Shown one piece after another: positions 7,867-16,231 of a stretch of DNA of 64,000 bases. The stretch lies in the sequence record MT150133.1. One strand, given 5' to 3'. Every line of letters begins with the position of its first letter. Within the stretch, counting starts at the first letter, position 1. The stretch is from Enterobacteria phage vB_EcoM_IME540. A program made the position numbers and the translations under genes. The notes under the pieces were generated by a model that was not told the DNA's origin, made no database searches, and was given only the letters and a program-made list of their open reading frames with translations.

Positions 7867-8421
7867 TCAGTTCTTGTAGAACCGGAACGGGTTTATGTGG
7901 AAGGCTAACATAGCCTTAGGGATTTTACGAGACAAAAGACTCTTAAGTTTCCAACCACAGTACACGCGAAGGTAAAAGGTAATTCCACCTACTTTAAGAT
8001 ACGGAACCGAAGCAAAGACTCCCCATGCTTCATCATTCCACATCCATAACCAACCATGGTGAGCTTTATCAGGAGAACCAGATTCTACATCAGGATTACC
8101 GCGATAATGGAATTCTGAACTACAATCACGTCCTAGTTTATGATAAGCAAAGTTATAAGCTTTATTTCGCCATAGCCAAGCTACTCTCTGGAGGTAAACA
8201 CCACCAGGCATTTTCCTGATTTTAGCCCAACGTTTAATATGACCTTTGTCGCCATCAATTGGATTATCGTATGTCATCATCCAATCAAAGCCATAAGGCA
8301 ATTTACCGGTCTTTTTATTGTAGAAAGGAACTACAAAAGGCGCAAGGATAACGGCTAGAACCATAGAGATAAAATCCAGCGGGACCAACAGAATCCAACT
8401 CAAATATTTTAAAAGTTTCAT
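7867..8421 (-). CDS. hypothetical membrane-anchored protein, 184 aa, Trp/His-rich C-terminal domain
   Basis: N-terminal hydrophobic segment LSWILLVPLDFISMVLAVILAPFVVPF; RBS AGGAAATAAT; late-type TATAAATA box 27 nt upstream. Confidence 0.6.
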   Translation of the reverse strand: MKLLKYLSWILLVPLDFISMVLAVILAPFVVPFYNKKTGKLPYGFDWMMTYDNPIDGDKGHIKRWAKIRKMPGGVYLQRVAWLWRNKAYNFAYHKLGRDCSSEFHYRGNPDVESGSPDKAHHGWLWMWNDEAWGVFASVPYLKVGGITFYLRVYCGWKLKSLLSRKIPKAMLAFHINPFRFYKN

Positions 8422-8447
8422 ATTATTTCCTAAGTTAGTTTACTACA

Positions 8448-8455
8448 TATTTATA
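8448..8455 (-). promoter_or_regulatory. late promoter TATAAATA for gene 7867-8421
   Basis: Minus strand TTTTTTGTATAAATATGTAGTAAACTAACTTAGGAAATAAT-ATG. Confidence 0.5.
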
Positions 8456-8456
8456 C

Positions 8457-8484
8457 AAAAAAGGCCCAACCTTTCGGAAGGGCC
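8457..8484 (-). terminator. rho-independent terminator, copy 2 of the identical 30-bp element
   Basis: Same hairpin + T-run downstream of the tRNA/ncRNA region. Confidence 0.65.
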
Positions 8485-8490
8485 TTTAAC

Positions 8491-8715
8491 CTAGGGTAAC
8501 CTTGTCGGGGTTCCACCTGCTAGGCAAGTGTTCGGTGCGCCGTTTCAGCTGTGATAGTAAAGAGCCAGAACACAGTAAAACTGTGGGAGGAACTATACTC
8601 CAGGGAACATCAGTCCGACGACTTACCGGTAGCGACCCGGTTTCTTGTTTGGTGCGCCGGTGAATGCTGGTAATCAGTCTTCATACGACGGCTTGACTAT
8701 ATAATAGTCTTCATT
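8491..8715 (-). ncRNA. candidate small stable RNA(s) downstream of tRNA-Arg, analogous in position to T4 RNA species C/D
   Basis: 225 nt with no credible ORF, between tRNA-Arg and a terminator; internal repeats GGTGCGCCG and AGTCTTCAT; not folded. Confidence 0.3.
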
Positions 8716-8790
8716 TGGTATCCCGCCCTGGGATCGAACCAGGACCGCAAACTTAGAAGGATCGTATGCTATCCATTACACCAGCGGGAC
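8716..8790 (-). tRNA. tRNA-Arg (anticodon UCU), CCA encoded
   Basis: Minus strand GTCCCGC...TTCTAAG...CCTGGTTCGATCCCAGGGCGGGATACCA; 7-bp acceptor stem, T-arm CCTGG-TTCGATC-CCAGG, anticodon loop CTTCTAA. Confidence 0.85.
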
Positions 8791-8795
8791 GTAAT

Positions 8796-9461
8796 TCAAA
8801 ATTTTATTTTACGGCCTTTATTCCAACCTTCAGGAATAATATCCGTTTTGTTAATACGTTTAGAAACTTTTTCTTCTAAAGAATGAATCCACATTTTTCC
8901 ATATCCGGAATTATTTTCACCTTGTTGGTGTTTATTTCTGGCGTGAGATTCTTTCATTTTATTTTTGGTTTCATCTGAATGGGTCTTACCCAAGAAAGAT
9001 TTAGTATTTGAAAATTTCTCTCTATACTTAGGATTATCCCAAAGTTGTTTAAACCTTTCCGAACCCATTTTACGATATTTTTCTTTAAGGTCTGGGTCGT
9101 TCTCAAATCTGGTTTTAAAAGCGGCAACTCCTTTTAAGGAAGCTTCTTTCTTTTTATCTAAATATTCTTCAGTGTTTAAATGGTCCCAACCACCTTCACC
9201 ACCTAATTTCAAATTATAAACATCAGGGCGCTTTAAAAACTCTTCAGTCACAATATTCTTTTCTGACTCAAACATAGAGGTTTTATCGTCAAAGAACTCT
9301 AATATTTCTTTAGAGAAATTTTCTATACCGTATTTGACCTGGGCCCTTTTTAAGAGTTTACCAGAACCAAAATATGCATCATTCAAATTTTCGGTTGAAT
9401 GGGCGCCTATATAGATTTTATTATTAATTTTGTTTGTTATTTTATAAGTGTAATGGAACAT
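8796..9461 (-). CDS. segB: GIY-YIG homing endonuclease, segB-like, inside the tRNA cluster
   Basis: 221 aa; N-terminal YKITNKINNKIYIGAHST...GSGK motif; basic NUMOD-like C-terminus; RBS AGGAGA; same position as T4 segB. Confidence 0.8.
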   Translation of the reverse strand: MFHYTYKITNKINNKIYIGAHSTENLNDAYFGSGKLLKRAQVKYGIENFSKEILEFFDDKTSMFESEKNIVTEEFLKRPDVYNLKLGGEGGWDHLNTEEYLDKKKEASLKGVAAFKTRFENDPDLKEKYRKMGSERFKQLWDNPKYREKFSNTKSFLGKTHSDETKNKMKESHARNKHQQGENNSGYGKMWIHSLEEKVSKRINKTDIIPEGWNKGRKIKF

Positions 9462-9502
9462 AAATATCTCCTATTTCTAAGAGTATTTATGTTCTCAAAA
9501 TA

Positions 9503-9573
9503 TGGCCCTGGGTGGAATCGAACCACCATCCAGCGATTATGAGTCGCTCGCTTGACCGTCCAGCTACAGGGCC
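9503..9573 (-). tRNA. tRNA with CAU anticodon (Met, or Ile if lysidine-modified), CCA not encoded
   Basis: Minus strand GGCCCTG...AGCGA-CTCATAA-TCGCT...GGTGG-TTCGATT-CCACC-CAGGGCC-A. Confidence 0.8.
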
Positions 9574-9578
9574 TTAAA

Positions 9579-9851
9579 TCAAACTACAAATCCAGCAGGA
9601 GCATTATCATCTTTAGCCATGTGCTGAATTGTATGATAAGTCATTTCTTCAGGAGCAACCAGATAAGCCGCAGCGTTAACTAGTGGAATTATTTTTGGTT
9701 TAGCGAATGTGCTATCGGCAATTGCCATAAAGGGCTCGCCATCAGTCTCAACTTCGCCAAATTGACATTCATATGAAATAGAACAACGTTTGGTAGTTGT
9801 TGTCTTGGTTTCTGGGTCGTAAAAAGCTAATTTTAATACTAACATAAACAC
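9579..9851 (-). CDS. hypothetical protein, 90 aa
   Basis: ORF only, immediately upstream of the tRNA. Confidence 0.4.
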   Translation of the reverse strand: MFMLVLKLAFYDPETKTTTTKRCSISYECQFGEVETDGEPFMAIADSTFAKPKIIPLVNAAAYLVAPEEMTYHTIQHMAKDDNAPAGFVV

Positions 9852-9903
9852 CTCAAATAAAATTAAGTAAAGTAAGTTTGATTAATAGACCTTGTCTATT
9901 ATG

Positions 9904-9929
9904 AAAGGTTCTTTGAGGGAAGAACCTTT
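9904..9929. other. 10-bp-stem hairpin AAAGGTTCTT-TGAGGG-AAGAACCTTT in an intergenic region
   Basis: Perfect inverted repeat in 170-nt noncoding stretch 9852-10019. Confidence 0.4.
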
Positions 9930-10019
9930 GGTAATAGAGGGTATTAATGATAGAGTAATAATAACACATTACTCTTAAAGCATATTACTATTTTTAGGAA
10001 TAGTCTGGTCAAATTTGAT

Positions 10020-10310
10020 TCATTGTGGCCACATATTAATGTAATCAAGTTTAATAGAAGCAATCTTCAAAGGATTTTTAAAGATGTCGTATTCGATCAA
10101 TCCGTTTTCAGTTGCGGTGTAGAAAGTAAAGTTAACAGAATTATAACGGCGACCATTAACTTTTAGTTTAACGTCGCTTGAACTACGACCAATATTAACC
10201 TGTTGGACATCAAGCACAGCACCTTTGCCAAAGTTGCGAATCAGTAGCTCTGCTGCAACCTGGTCTGAATTATAGCCATTCTCTGGATTAGTAACCTTAA
10301 CGTATAGCAT
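10020..10310 (-). CDS. hypothetical protein, 96 aa
   Basis: ORF with RBS GAGGG; stop/start juxtaposed to the upstream gene. Confidence 0.5.
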   Translation of the reverse strand: MLYVKVTNPENGYNSDQVAAELLIRNFGKGAVLDVQQVNIGRSSSDVKLKVNGRRYNSVNFTFYTATENGLIEYDIFKNPLKIASIKLDYINMWPQ

Positions 10311-10718
10311 TTAACCCTCGTCTACAATAGTATGGGTATTAGCATTAACAATCTGCCACCAGTCACAGTCAAAACGATTAGAACCGTAACGAGGCTTTTT
10401 CTCATTTTCGTTAATAATATCACGTAGTTCGTCTTCAGAAAATGCTTTAGCGATTAAATCGGTATAGCCGCCACGTGGATAATAGTTATCACCTGCGAAC
10501 AGAAGGAAATTTACTTTACCAGAAGGAACATATGCTTCCTTAGGATACTTGTTTCCTGCTTGGTCTACCACTTCAATATAACGGTAAGGAATATCGGTAC
10601 TTTCAACCCATTGCCAAGCTGCAGCAGGGGATTCAAAAGCATCTACACCTAAACGGTTATCTTCATCTTTAGACGGATTATTTTCATAATCCGCATATAC
10701 ATAATATTCAATGTTCAT
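10311..10718 (-). CDS. hypothetical protein, 135 aa
   Basis: ORF with TAATG overlap to the upstream gene. Confidence 0.55.
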   Translation of the reverse strand: MNIEYYVYADYENNPSKDEDNRLGVDAFESPAAAWQWVESTDIPYRYIEVVDQAGNKYPKEAYVPSGKVNFLLFAGDNYYPRGGYTDLIAKAFSEDELRDIINENEKKPRYGSNRFDCDWWQIVNANTHTIVDEG

Positions 10719-10903
10719 TATTCACCTTTAGAGATTTTATCCATAACGAAAGAAATTGAACCAATTAAGAATGCCACTACTAAAGAGATTATATTCTCGG
10801 AAGTTGAAAGCATATCGAGCATGAATCCTGCAAACATACTAAAGCCAAAAGCAGTAACAGCGGCCAGTGCAGTAACATTTCTAATTAATTCACAAGGTTT
10901 CAT
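10718..10903 (-). CDS. small hydrophobic membrane protein, 61 aa
   Basis: Track ORF begins at TTG; real start ATG 10903-10901 with RBS GGAG in leader GGAGAATAAA-ATG; two hydrophobic stretches. Confidence 0.5.
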   Translation of the reverse strand: MKPCELIRNVTALAAVTAFGFSMFAGFMLDMLSTSENIISLVVAFLIGSISFVMDKISKGE

Positions 10904-10939
10904 TTTATTCTCCAATCACTCATTTGTTTTGATAGGGCT

Positions 10940-10969
10940 ATAGTACCATCACTAAAGCCCGTTGTAAAC
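10940..10969 (-). promoter_or_regulatory. early promoter cassette (-35 GTTTAC, -10 TACTAT) with inverted repeat GGGCTATAG/CTAAAGCCC
   Basis: Minus strand GTTTACAACGGGCTTTAGTGATGGTACTATAGCCCTATCAAAACAAATGAGTGATTGGAGAATAAA-ATG. Confidence 0.55.
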
Positions 10970-10971
10970 AA

Positions 10972-11244
10972 TTATTTTAAATAAATTGCATATTTTTTAT
11001 AACCAGCCGTCTCGTGGCGCAGCCCTTTTTCATTAGCAAAACGTTCAATATTGTTAATTTGATTCTGGTCGAGTTCTGAAGTATCAAATACAAAAAAGTT
11101 TCGCTTATTGCCTAAAGTTACGTGATTAGTCAAATCGATGTTATAGAGATGATTTATATTATCAATCATGGTCTTAACAGATTTGTTAATTTTTACTTCT
11201 TCATTAAGAATAGATTCAGCGATAAATTCTTGGTATGATTTCAT
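10972..11244 (-). CDS. internal-protein-like, 90 aa, with N-terminal capsid-targeting sequence MKSYQEFIAES
   Basis: N-terminus matches the T4 internal protein (IPI/IPII/IPIII) capsid-targeting sequence MKTYQEFIAEA; body differs from the neighbour. Confidence 0.65.
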   Translation of the reverse strand: MKSYQEFIAESILNEEVKINKSVKTMIDNINHLYNIDLTNHVTLGNKRNFFVFDTSELDQNQINNIERFANEKGLRHETAGYKKYAIYLK

Positions 11245-11245
11245 T

Positions 11246-11470
11246 TTATTCAGCGCCAGCAGCTTTCAAAAGTTTTTTAAGATTGGCTATGCCGCCAGCA
11301 GAAAACGTGACCTTGCCACCTTTTTCATTGATAGAGCCAGTCAATTTAGCAAGCTTATCACTAGGGACTTTTTTAAAATCAGCCAGTGTGCCATCAAAGG
11401 TTTTTGTAACAATTGGCAGTTCATCTTCATGTCTTTTAGCTTCGGTGATAAATTCTTGATAAGTTTTCAT
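11246..11470 (-). CDS. internal-protein-like, 74 aa, with N-terminal capsid-targeting sequence MKTYQEFITEA
   Basis: Capsid-targeting-type N-terminus; early promoter cassette upstream. Confidence 0.65.
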   Translation of the reverse strand: MKTYQEFITEAKRHEDELPIVTKTFDGTLADFKKVPSDKLAKLTGSINEKGGKVTFSAGGIANLKKLLKAAGAE

Positions 11471-11507
11471 TTTGATTTCCGTTTGGTTAGTTTGTTTTGA
11501 TAGGTCT

Positions 11508-11536
11508 ATAGTATCATGCCTATAGACCTTGTAAAC
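11508..11536 (-). promoter_or_regulatory. early promoter cassette (-35 GTTTAC, 17 bp, -10 TACTAT) with 10-bp inverted repeat AGGTCTATAG/CTATAGACCT
   Basis: Minus strand GTTTACAAGGTCTATAGGCATGATACTATAGACCTATCAAAACAAACTAACCAAACGGAAATCAAA-ATG. Confidence 0.55.
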
Positions 11537-11547
11537 AACTTTTTAAA

Positions 11548-12240
<693 letters not shown>

Positions 12241-12248
<8 letters not shown>

Positions 12249-13002
12249 TTTTATTTCCTAATAATTTATCAATAGTGGTGTATAGTTCAGAAAGAGTGCC
12301 GTTATTTTCAACAACAACGTCACCAGGTAAAATTGGTAGACCCGCTTCAGTGATGTGCGAGTCTTGTACTTGACCGGTTTCAGCGCGAACTACATGAATA
12401 ATCGTAGCACCCATCGCTCTGAGCGAATCAATTTCGTGTGTTTGACGAACATCAGGTACGACATAGTATTTCGCATCAGAGTATATTTTATCAAAATAGT
12501 CTAAAGCGAACAACTTAACCCAATACATCTTATCAAATTGGTTAACAATAATATCAGTCCCAAGGGTCTGCATGAGACGACGTACTGACCAATTGTTATT
12601 TTTATTTATTACTTCAAACAGTTGGTCTTTTGTTTCTTCAGACAGATACTGGACTGCGGTAAGACCATAATGATATGCGGTACGAACATCCATTCCTGGA
12701 ATAGGAAGGATATTATTCAGTTTGACAATAGCATTTTCAAAGATATCAATCACATCATATGGTTTTAAAGGAATGATTTCTTCACGGTCGTAACCGATAC
12801 CTTCAAAACAGTTAAAATCTAGTTTAGGCATGTAACTACGGTCGAATACAGGGTCATCAGAGATGTATTCATAGGCTTCAGCCAGATACTTTTTAATAGG
12901 ACCTGCGAGCTGAAATTTTACCGAATCCATATTTTCGATTACATAGTTAGCAACGGTATCCTTACCGCTACGTTTGATTCCTACAATTGATATTAGTTTC
13001 AT
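12241..13002 (-). CDS. 1: deoxynucleoside monophosphate kinase gp1
   Basis: 253 aa with P-loop GIKRSGKDT and RRLMQTLGTDIIVNQFDKMYWVKLFALDY, matches T4 gp1. Confidence 0.9.
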
Positions 13003-13592
13003 TATTTTCTCATAGATGGATGCATAGACATACGAGCCACTCGTTGTTCGGCATACGAATCAATTTGTGGACGACCTGTAACTATTGTACCATCTATTTC
13101 TACAGCAAACGATTTGAAGTTGAATGTTGCTGTAGCGATTATCGCTGGGTCAGAATCCTCTTTATAAGAGTACTGGATTTCCGAGAGGTCAGATGGCCAA
13201 CCACCGTAGTAATGAATGCTCATTACGATTTTTTGTTTGTTGTTATCAAGGATGTGGAGGGTGATAGCTTCCGGTTGTCCTTTAGGGTGCCAGGCTTCTG
13301 AATCATGGGTTACATAGTTGTTTAATGACAACATCCACTTATAAACACCAAGCCATGATTTCAATTCACGGTCTACAAGAAAGTTCACAATCAATGGATC
13401 GAATTCTACCGTAGAACCTGGCAGCTTAGCACGATGTATGCCCTGGGTCGATCCCGGGACGTCTGAGACCGGAATATGGATACCCGGTAGTGTTACATCT
13501 TGTACGTTCAATTTGAATGCCTGCGTCATTCCTGCGTCACTAACCTCTAAGATAAAGTTAGTAGTGTTAGTTTGGTTAAATAAACCGTTCAT
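13002..13592 (-). CDS. 3: gp3-like tail completion / sheath stabiliser protein
   Basis: Positional equivalent of T4 gene 3; start taken at ATG 13592 (RBS AGGAA) rather than the upstream extension; exact start uncertain. Confidence 0.7.
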   Translation of the reverse strand: MNGLFNQTNTTNFILEVSDAGMTQAFKLNVQDVTLPGIHIPVSDVPGSTQGIHRAKLPGSTVEFDPLIVNFLVDRELKSWLGVYKWMLSLNNYVTHDSEAWHPKGQPEAITLHILDNNKQKIVMSIHYYGGWPSDLSEIQYSYKEDSDPAIIATATFNFKSFAVEIDGTIVTGRPQIDSYAEQRVARMSMHPSMRK

Positions 13593-13674
13593 AGGGTTCC
13601 TATATTGCTTAAGTCCCAGACAGTGTATAATGGTCCTAGGTCTGTTCCATTCAATAACTGGCTGGGATAATAGA

Positions 13675-14511
13675 TTAAGAATTCTTCCATACTTTCTGAG
13701 CTGAGTAACGCTTACCTTTCGATACAAATTGCTGAAGCGGTAATCCTATTACATTAGCCCAATCAGACGGTTTTATCTCTACTAAAGGTCCCTTGATATT
13801 TCCAGGGATATAAGCTTTAATCATCACGTCGGCGCCAGCGAATCCTTTTACCTTACTCCAATCGATTTTTAATTTAGTCGAGTTCGTAATGGTAGGCGTA
13901 CTCGCGTATTGCTTCAGCAATTCTTCCAGAAATTGTTGACGTGCTTTAGGTGGAATATAGTGTAAGTTCAGTCCGTACATTAAATTATGCTTACCTAACC
14001 CAAGATAAATTATTAAAGGATATTTGTCCCAGTATGGTAGGGTATCCTTATGTTTGGCATCATAGATATAAGCATAAAGCTTACCAGGAGACGGTTTAGA
14101 TACCTGGTGTCCACGAATTCCTTTCTTTAATGTTTCTGTAAACCATTTAGCTGATTTATTGTTTATGGCAGCGCCTTCGTTAGCAATCTTATCGCGAATA
14201 CTCTTTCTAAAACTATTCACCAAAATTAATTGACGTTCTGCTTTGGTTAATTTATTGCCAGGTTTCTTCTGAAGTTTTTCAACCTGTACAGCAGTTTTAA
14301 TTCGACTCGAGTATCGAGACATCGCAGATGTAAAGCTAGAATACTTGATGCCTTTATCTTCAGCGAATTTCTTAGCCGAAACACCTTTAGCCTTAGCGTT
14401 GGCATATTCAACGCCTAAAGTTATCCATTGTTGTTCTGAACGAGTAGGCTTGGAACCTTTTGTAGTTTCAGTAGCCTCGTTGATGTAAGAAAATATACTC
14501 ATCCTTTCCAT
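13675..14511 (-). CDS. 2: gp2 DNA end-protector protein
   Basis: 278 aa, basic; order 4-2-3-1 and size match T4 gp2. Confidence 0.8.
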   Translation of the reverse strand: MERMSIFSYINEATETTKGSKPTRSEQQWITLGVEYANAKAKGVSAKKFAEDKGIKYSSFTSAMSRYSSRIKTAVQVEKLQKKPGNKLTKAERQLILVNSFRKSIRDKIANEGAAINNKSAKWFTETLKKGIRGHQVSKPSPGKLYAYIYDAKHKDTLPYWDKYPLIIYLGLGKHNLMYGLNLHYIPPKARQQFLEELLKQYASTPTITNSTKLKIDWSKVKGFAGADVMIKAYIPGNIKGPLVEIKPSDWANVIGLPLQQFVSKGKRYSAQKVWKNS

Positions 14512-14948
14512 CCTAATTTTTTCAGTGAGTTTTCGGTAATCAATCTGAAATTAATTCCCATTTTATCTGCTGTAGCTTTAGCAGCTTTCCATTTATCTTT
14601 ATTTACACTCCATGTATAATGTTCGTTGATATATCTCTTTTTAGCAGCTGTAGTCATTTTAGCAGGCGCCGCTGGAGGATGGGTCTCTTTAAAAGGTTTG
14701 ACTTCGAAAAAGAATTGTTGACCATTGTCGAACTTCACCCAGAAGTCCATAAAATACCGACGTTTCTTTCCATCAGCGTTACTAAAATATGGAATCACAA
14801 CCTCTTCCGAGTTCCACTGGACGACATTAGGATGGTTATCAAGCCAACGCATAAGCCATGCTTCCCAAGAGGAACGATATTGGATTTTCTTCCAATCACC
14901 TTTATATTTTTGTAAGTTTGTAGGTTTAAATTTCCCTGAGTAGGCCAT
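14499..14948 (-). CDS. 4: gp4 head completion protein
   Basis: 149 aa [29 protein letters not shown]..., matches T4 gp4. Confidence 0.85.
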   Translation of the reverse strand: MAYSGKFKPTNLQKYKGDWKKIQYRSSWEAWLMRWLDNHPNVVQWNSEEVVIPYFSNADGKKRRYFMDFWVKFDNGQQFFFEVKPFKETHPPAAPAKMTTAAKKRYINEHYTWSVNKDKWKAAKATADKMGINFRLITENSLKKLGWKG

Positions 14949-14958
14949 AGTGCCTCCT

Positions 14959-14966
14959 TATAAATA
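14959..14966 (+). promoter_or_regulatory. late promoter TATAAATA for gene 53
   Basis: Exact T4 late consensus 28 nt upstream of ATG 14994. Confidence 0.6.
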
Positions 14967-14973
14967 TTAATAT

Positions 14974-14981
14974 TATTTATA
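14974..14981 (-). promoter_or_regulatory. late promoter TATAAATA for gene 4 (divergent)
   Basis: Exact consensus on minus strand upstream of gene 4 start at 14948. Confidence 0.6.
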
Positions 14982-14993
14982 CTCGGAGGCACT

Positions 14994-15596
14994 ATGCTCT
15001 TCTCATTTTTCGATCCCATCGATTACGAATCAAAAACAGTCAAGCCAGATTCCGGCTCATTAACTGATGCCGATGTACTGAGCGTACCGATGACTGATAT
15101 ATTTAGAAACTATAAAGAATATTTTGATAAAGTGGCTAAAAATTATACACTTAAAACATATTATATCAGTGGGGCCCCTCGTCCAGAAGAATTAGCCCAT
15201 CAACTTTATGGTAACGTGCAATTATATTGGGTCCTTTTAATGTGTAACAATATCTATGACCCTTATTACGGCTGGATTACAGGCCAAGAATCTGCGTATC
15301 AAGCAGCTATTCAACGTTATGCTACTGCAGGCGGAAACCAAGTCCTTTATCATGTCAATGAAAAGGGTGAGAAATTCTGGAATCTAGTAAATACTCCGGA
15401 AAATCCTTATACTTGGTACGATAAAGGTGATACAGAAAAACGTTATCCTCAATATGAAGGTCCTTTGGCTGCAGTAGATATTTACGAGGACGCCATTCGT
15501 AAAAATGAATATAAGCGCGAAATAAAGATTATAGACCCTAATGACATCGAGTCCTTTGTTTCCGCTTTAATTAGAGAAATGGAGAAGTCACTCTAA
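14994..15596 (+). CDS. 53: baseplate wedge protein gp53
   Basis: 200 aa MLFSFFDPIDYESKTV...PMTDIFRNYKEYF...YWVLLMCNNIYDPYYGWIT, matches T4 gp53. Confidence 0.85.
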   Translation: MLFSFFDPIDYESKTVKPDSGSLTDADVLSVPMTDIFRNYKEYFDKVAKNYTLKTYYISGAPRPEELAHQLYGNVQLYWVLLMCNNIYDPYYGWITGQESAYQAAIQRYATAGGNQVLYHVNEKGEKFWNLVNTPENPYTWYDKGDTEKRYPQYEGPLAAVDIYEDAIRKNEYKREIKIIDPNDIESFVSALIREMEKSL

Positions 15597-16231
15597 TGTT
15601 TTATTACGTCTATAAAATAACCAATATAATTAATGGTAAATTTTATATCGGTGCTCATAGTACATCAAATATGGATGACGGTTATATGGGCTCAGGTAAA
15701 TTAATTAAACGCGCTATACTAAAATATGGCATTGAAAATTTCAAAAAAGAAATATTAAAATTTGTTGATTCTAAAAAAGAAATGTATGAACTCGAAAAAG
15801 AACTTGTTGTCCTTACTGAAAATTCATACAATTTAAAACCGGGCGGTTCCGGTGGGTTTTTAAAACATGATAACTTTAAAGGCAGGTCCCATAGTCAGAA
15901 AACCAAAGATATTATGAGCGCTAATAACTCAGGCAAAAACAATCCTATGTATGGTAGAAAACGAGACCAACACGGAGAAAAAGCACCTAATTATGGTAAA
16001 AAGTGCTCTGAGGCTAAAAGAAAATTACTTTCTGAAAAATCTAAATCCTATTTTGAAAACCTTCAAACCATAACTAAAAATCTCGGCTTTGGTCCTACAT
16101 CGGTTGAAACTAGATATGTATCAAGACATATTAAAAAGCTAGGATTAGATTTTTATAAATTTAATCGTGATATAACAGAAACTAATGTTTCCATAGTTAG
16201 AAATATTTTAGAACAAAGGAAAGCGCTATGA
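15596..16231 (+). CDS. GIY-YIG homing endonuclease (seg-like) inserted between genes 53 and 5
   Basis: 211 aa; N-terminus MFYYVYKITNIINGKFYIGAHST...GSGK is a close paralog of the segB-like protein; ATGA overlap with gene 5. Confidence 0.8.
   Translation: MFYYVYKITNIINGKFYIGAHSTSNMDDGYMGSGKLIKRAILKYGIENFKKEILKFVDSKKEMYELEKELVVLTENSYNLKPGGSGGFLKHDNFKGRSHSQKTKDIMSANNSGKNNPMYGRKRDQHGEKAPNYGKKCSEAKRKLLSEKSKSYFENLQTITKNLGFGPTSVETRYVSRHIKKLGLDFYKFNRDITETNVSIVRNILEQRKAL

Noticed and set aside
8491-8715. Additional tRNA genes downstream of tRNA-Arg
   Set aside because: No cloverleaf, T-loop (GTTCRA) or acceptor-stem pairing found by eye on either strand.
7747-10915. ORF-track starts at GTG (7761) and TTG (10915) for two small genes
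   Set aside because: In-frame ATG codons a few codons downstream are preceded by consensus GGAG-type RBS at correct spacing.
13593-13727. N-terminal extension of the gene 3 ORF (241-aa version starting at 13727)
   Set aside because: No RBS at the upstream ATG; the internal ATG at 13592 has an AGGAA RBS and gives a size closer to T4 gp3.
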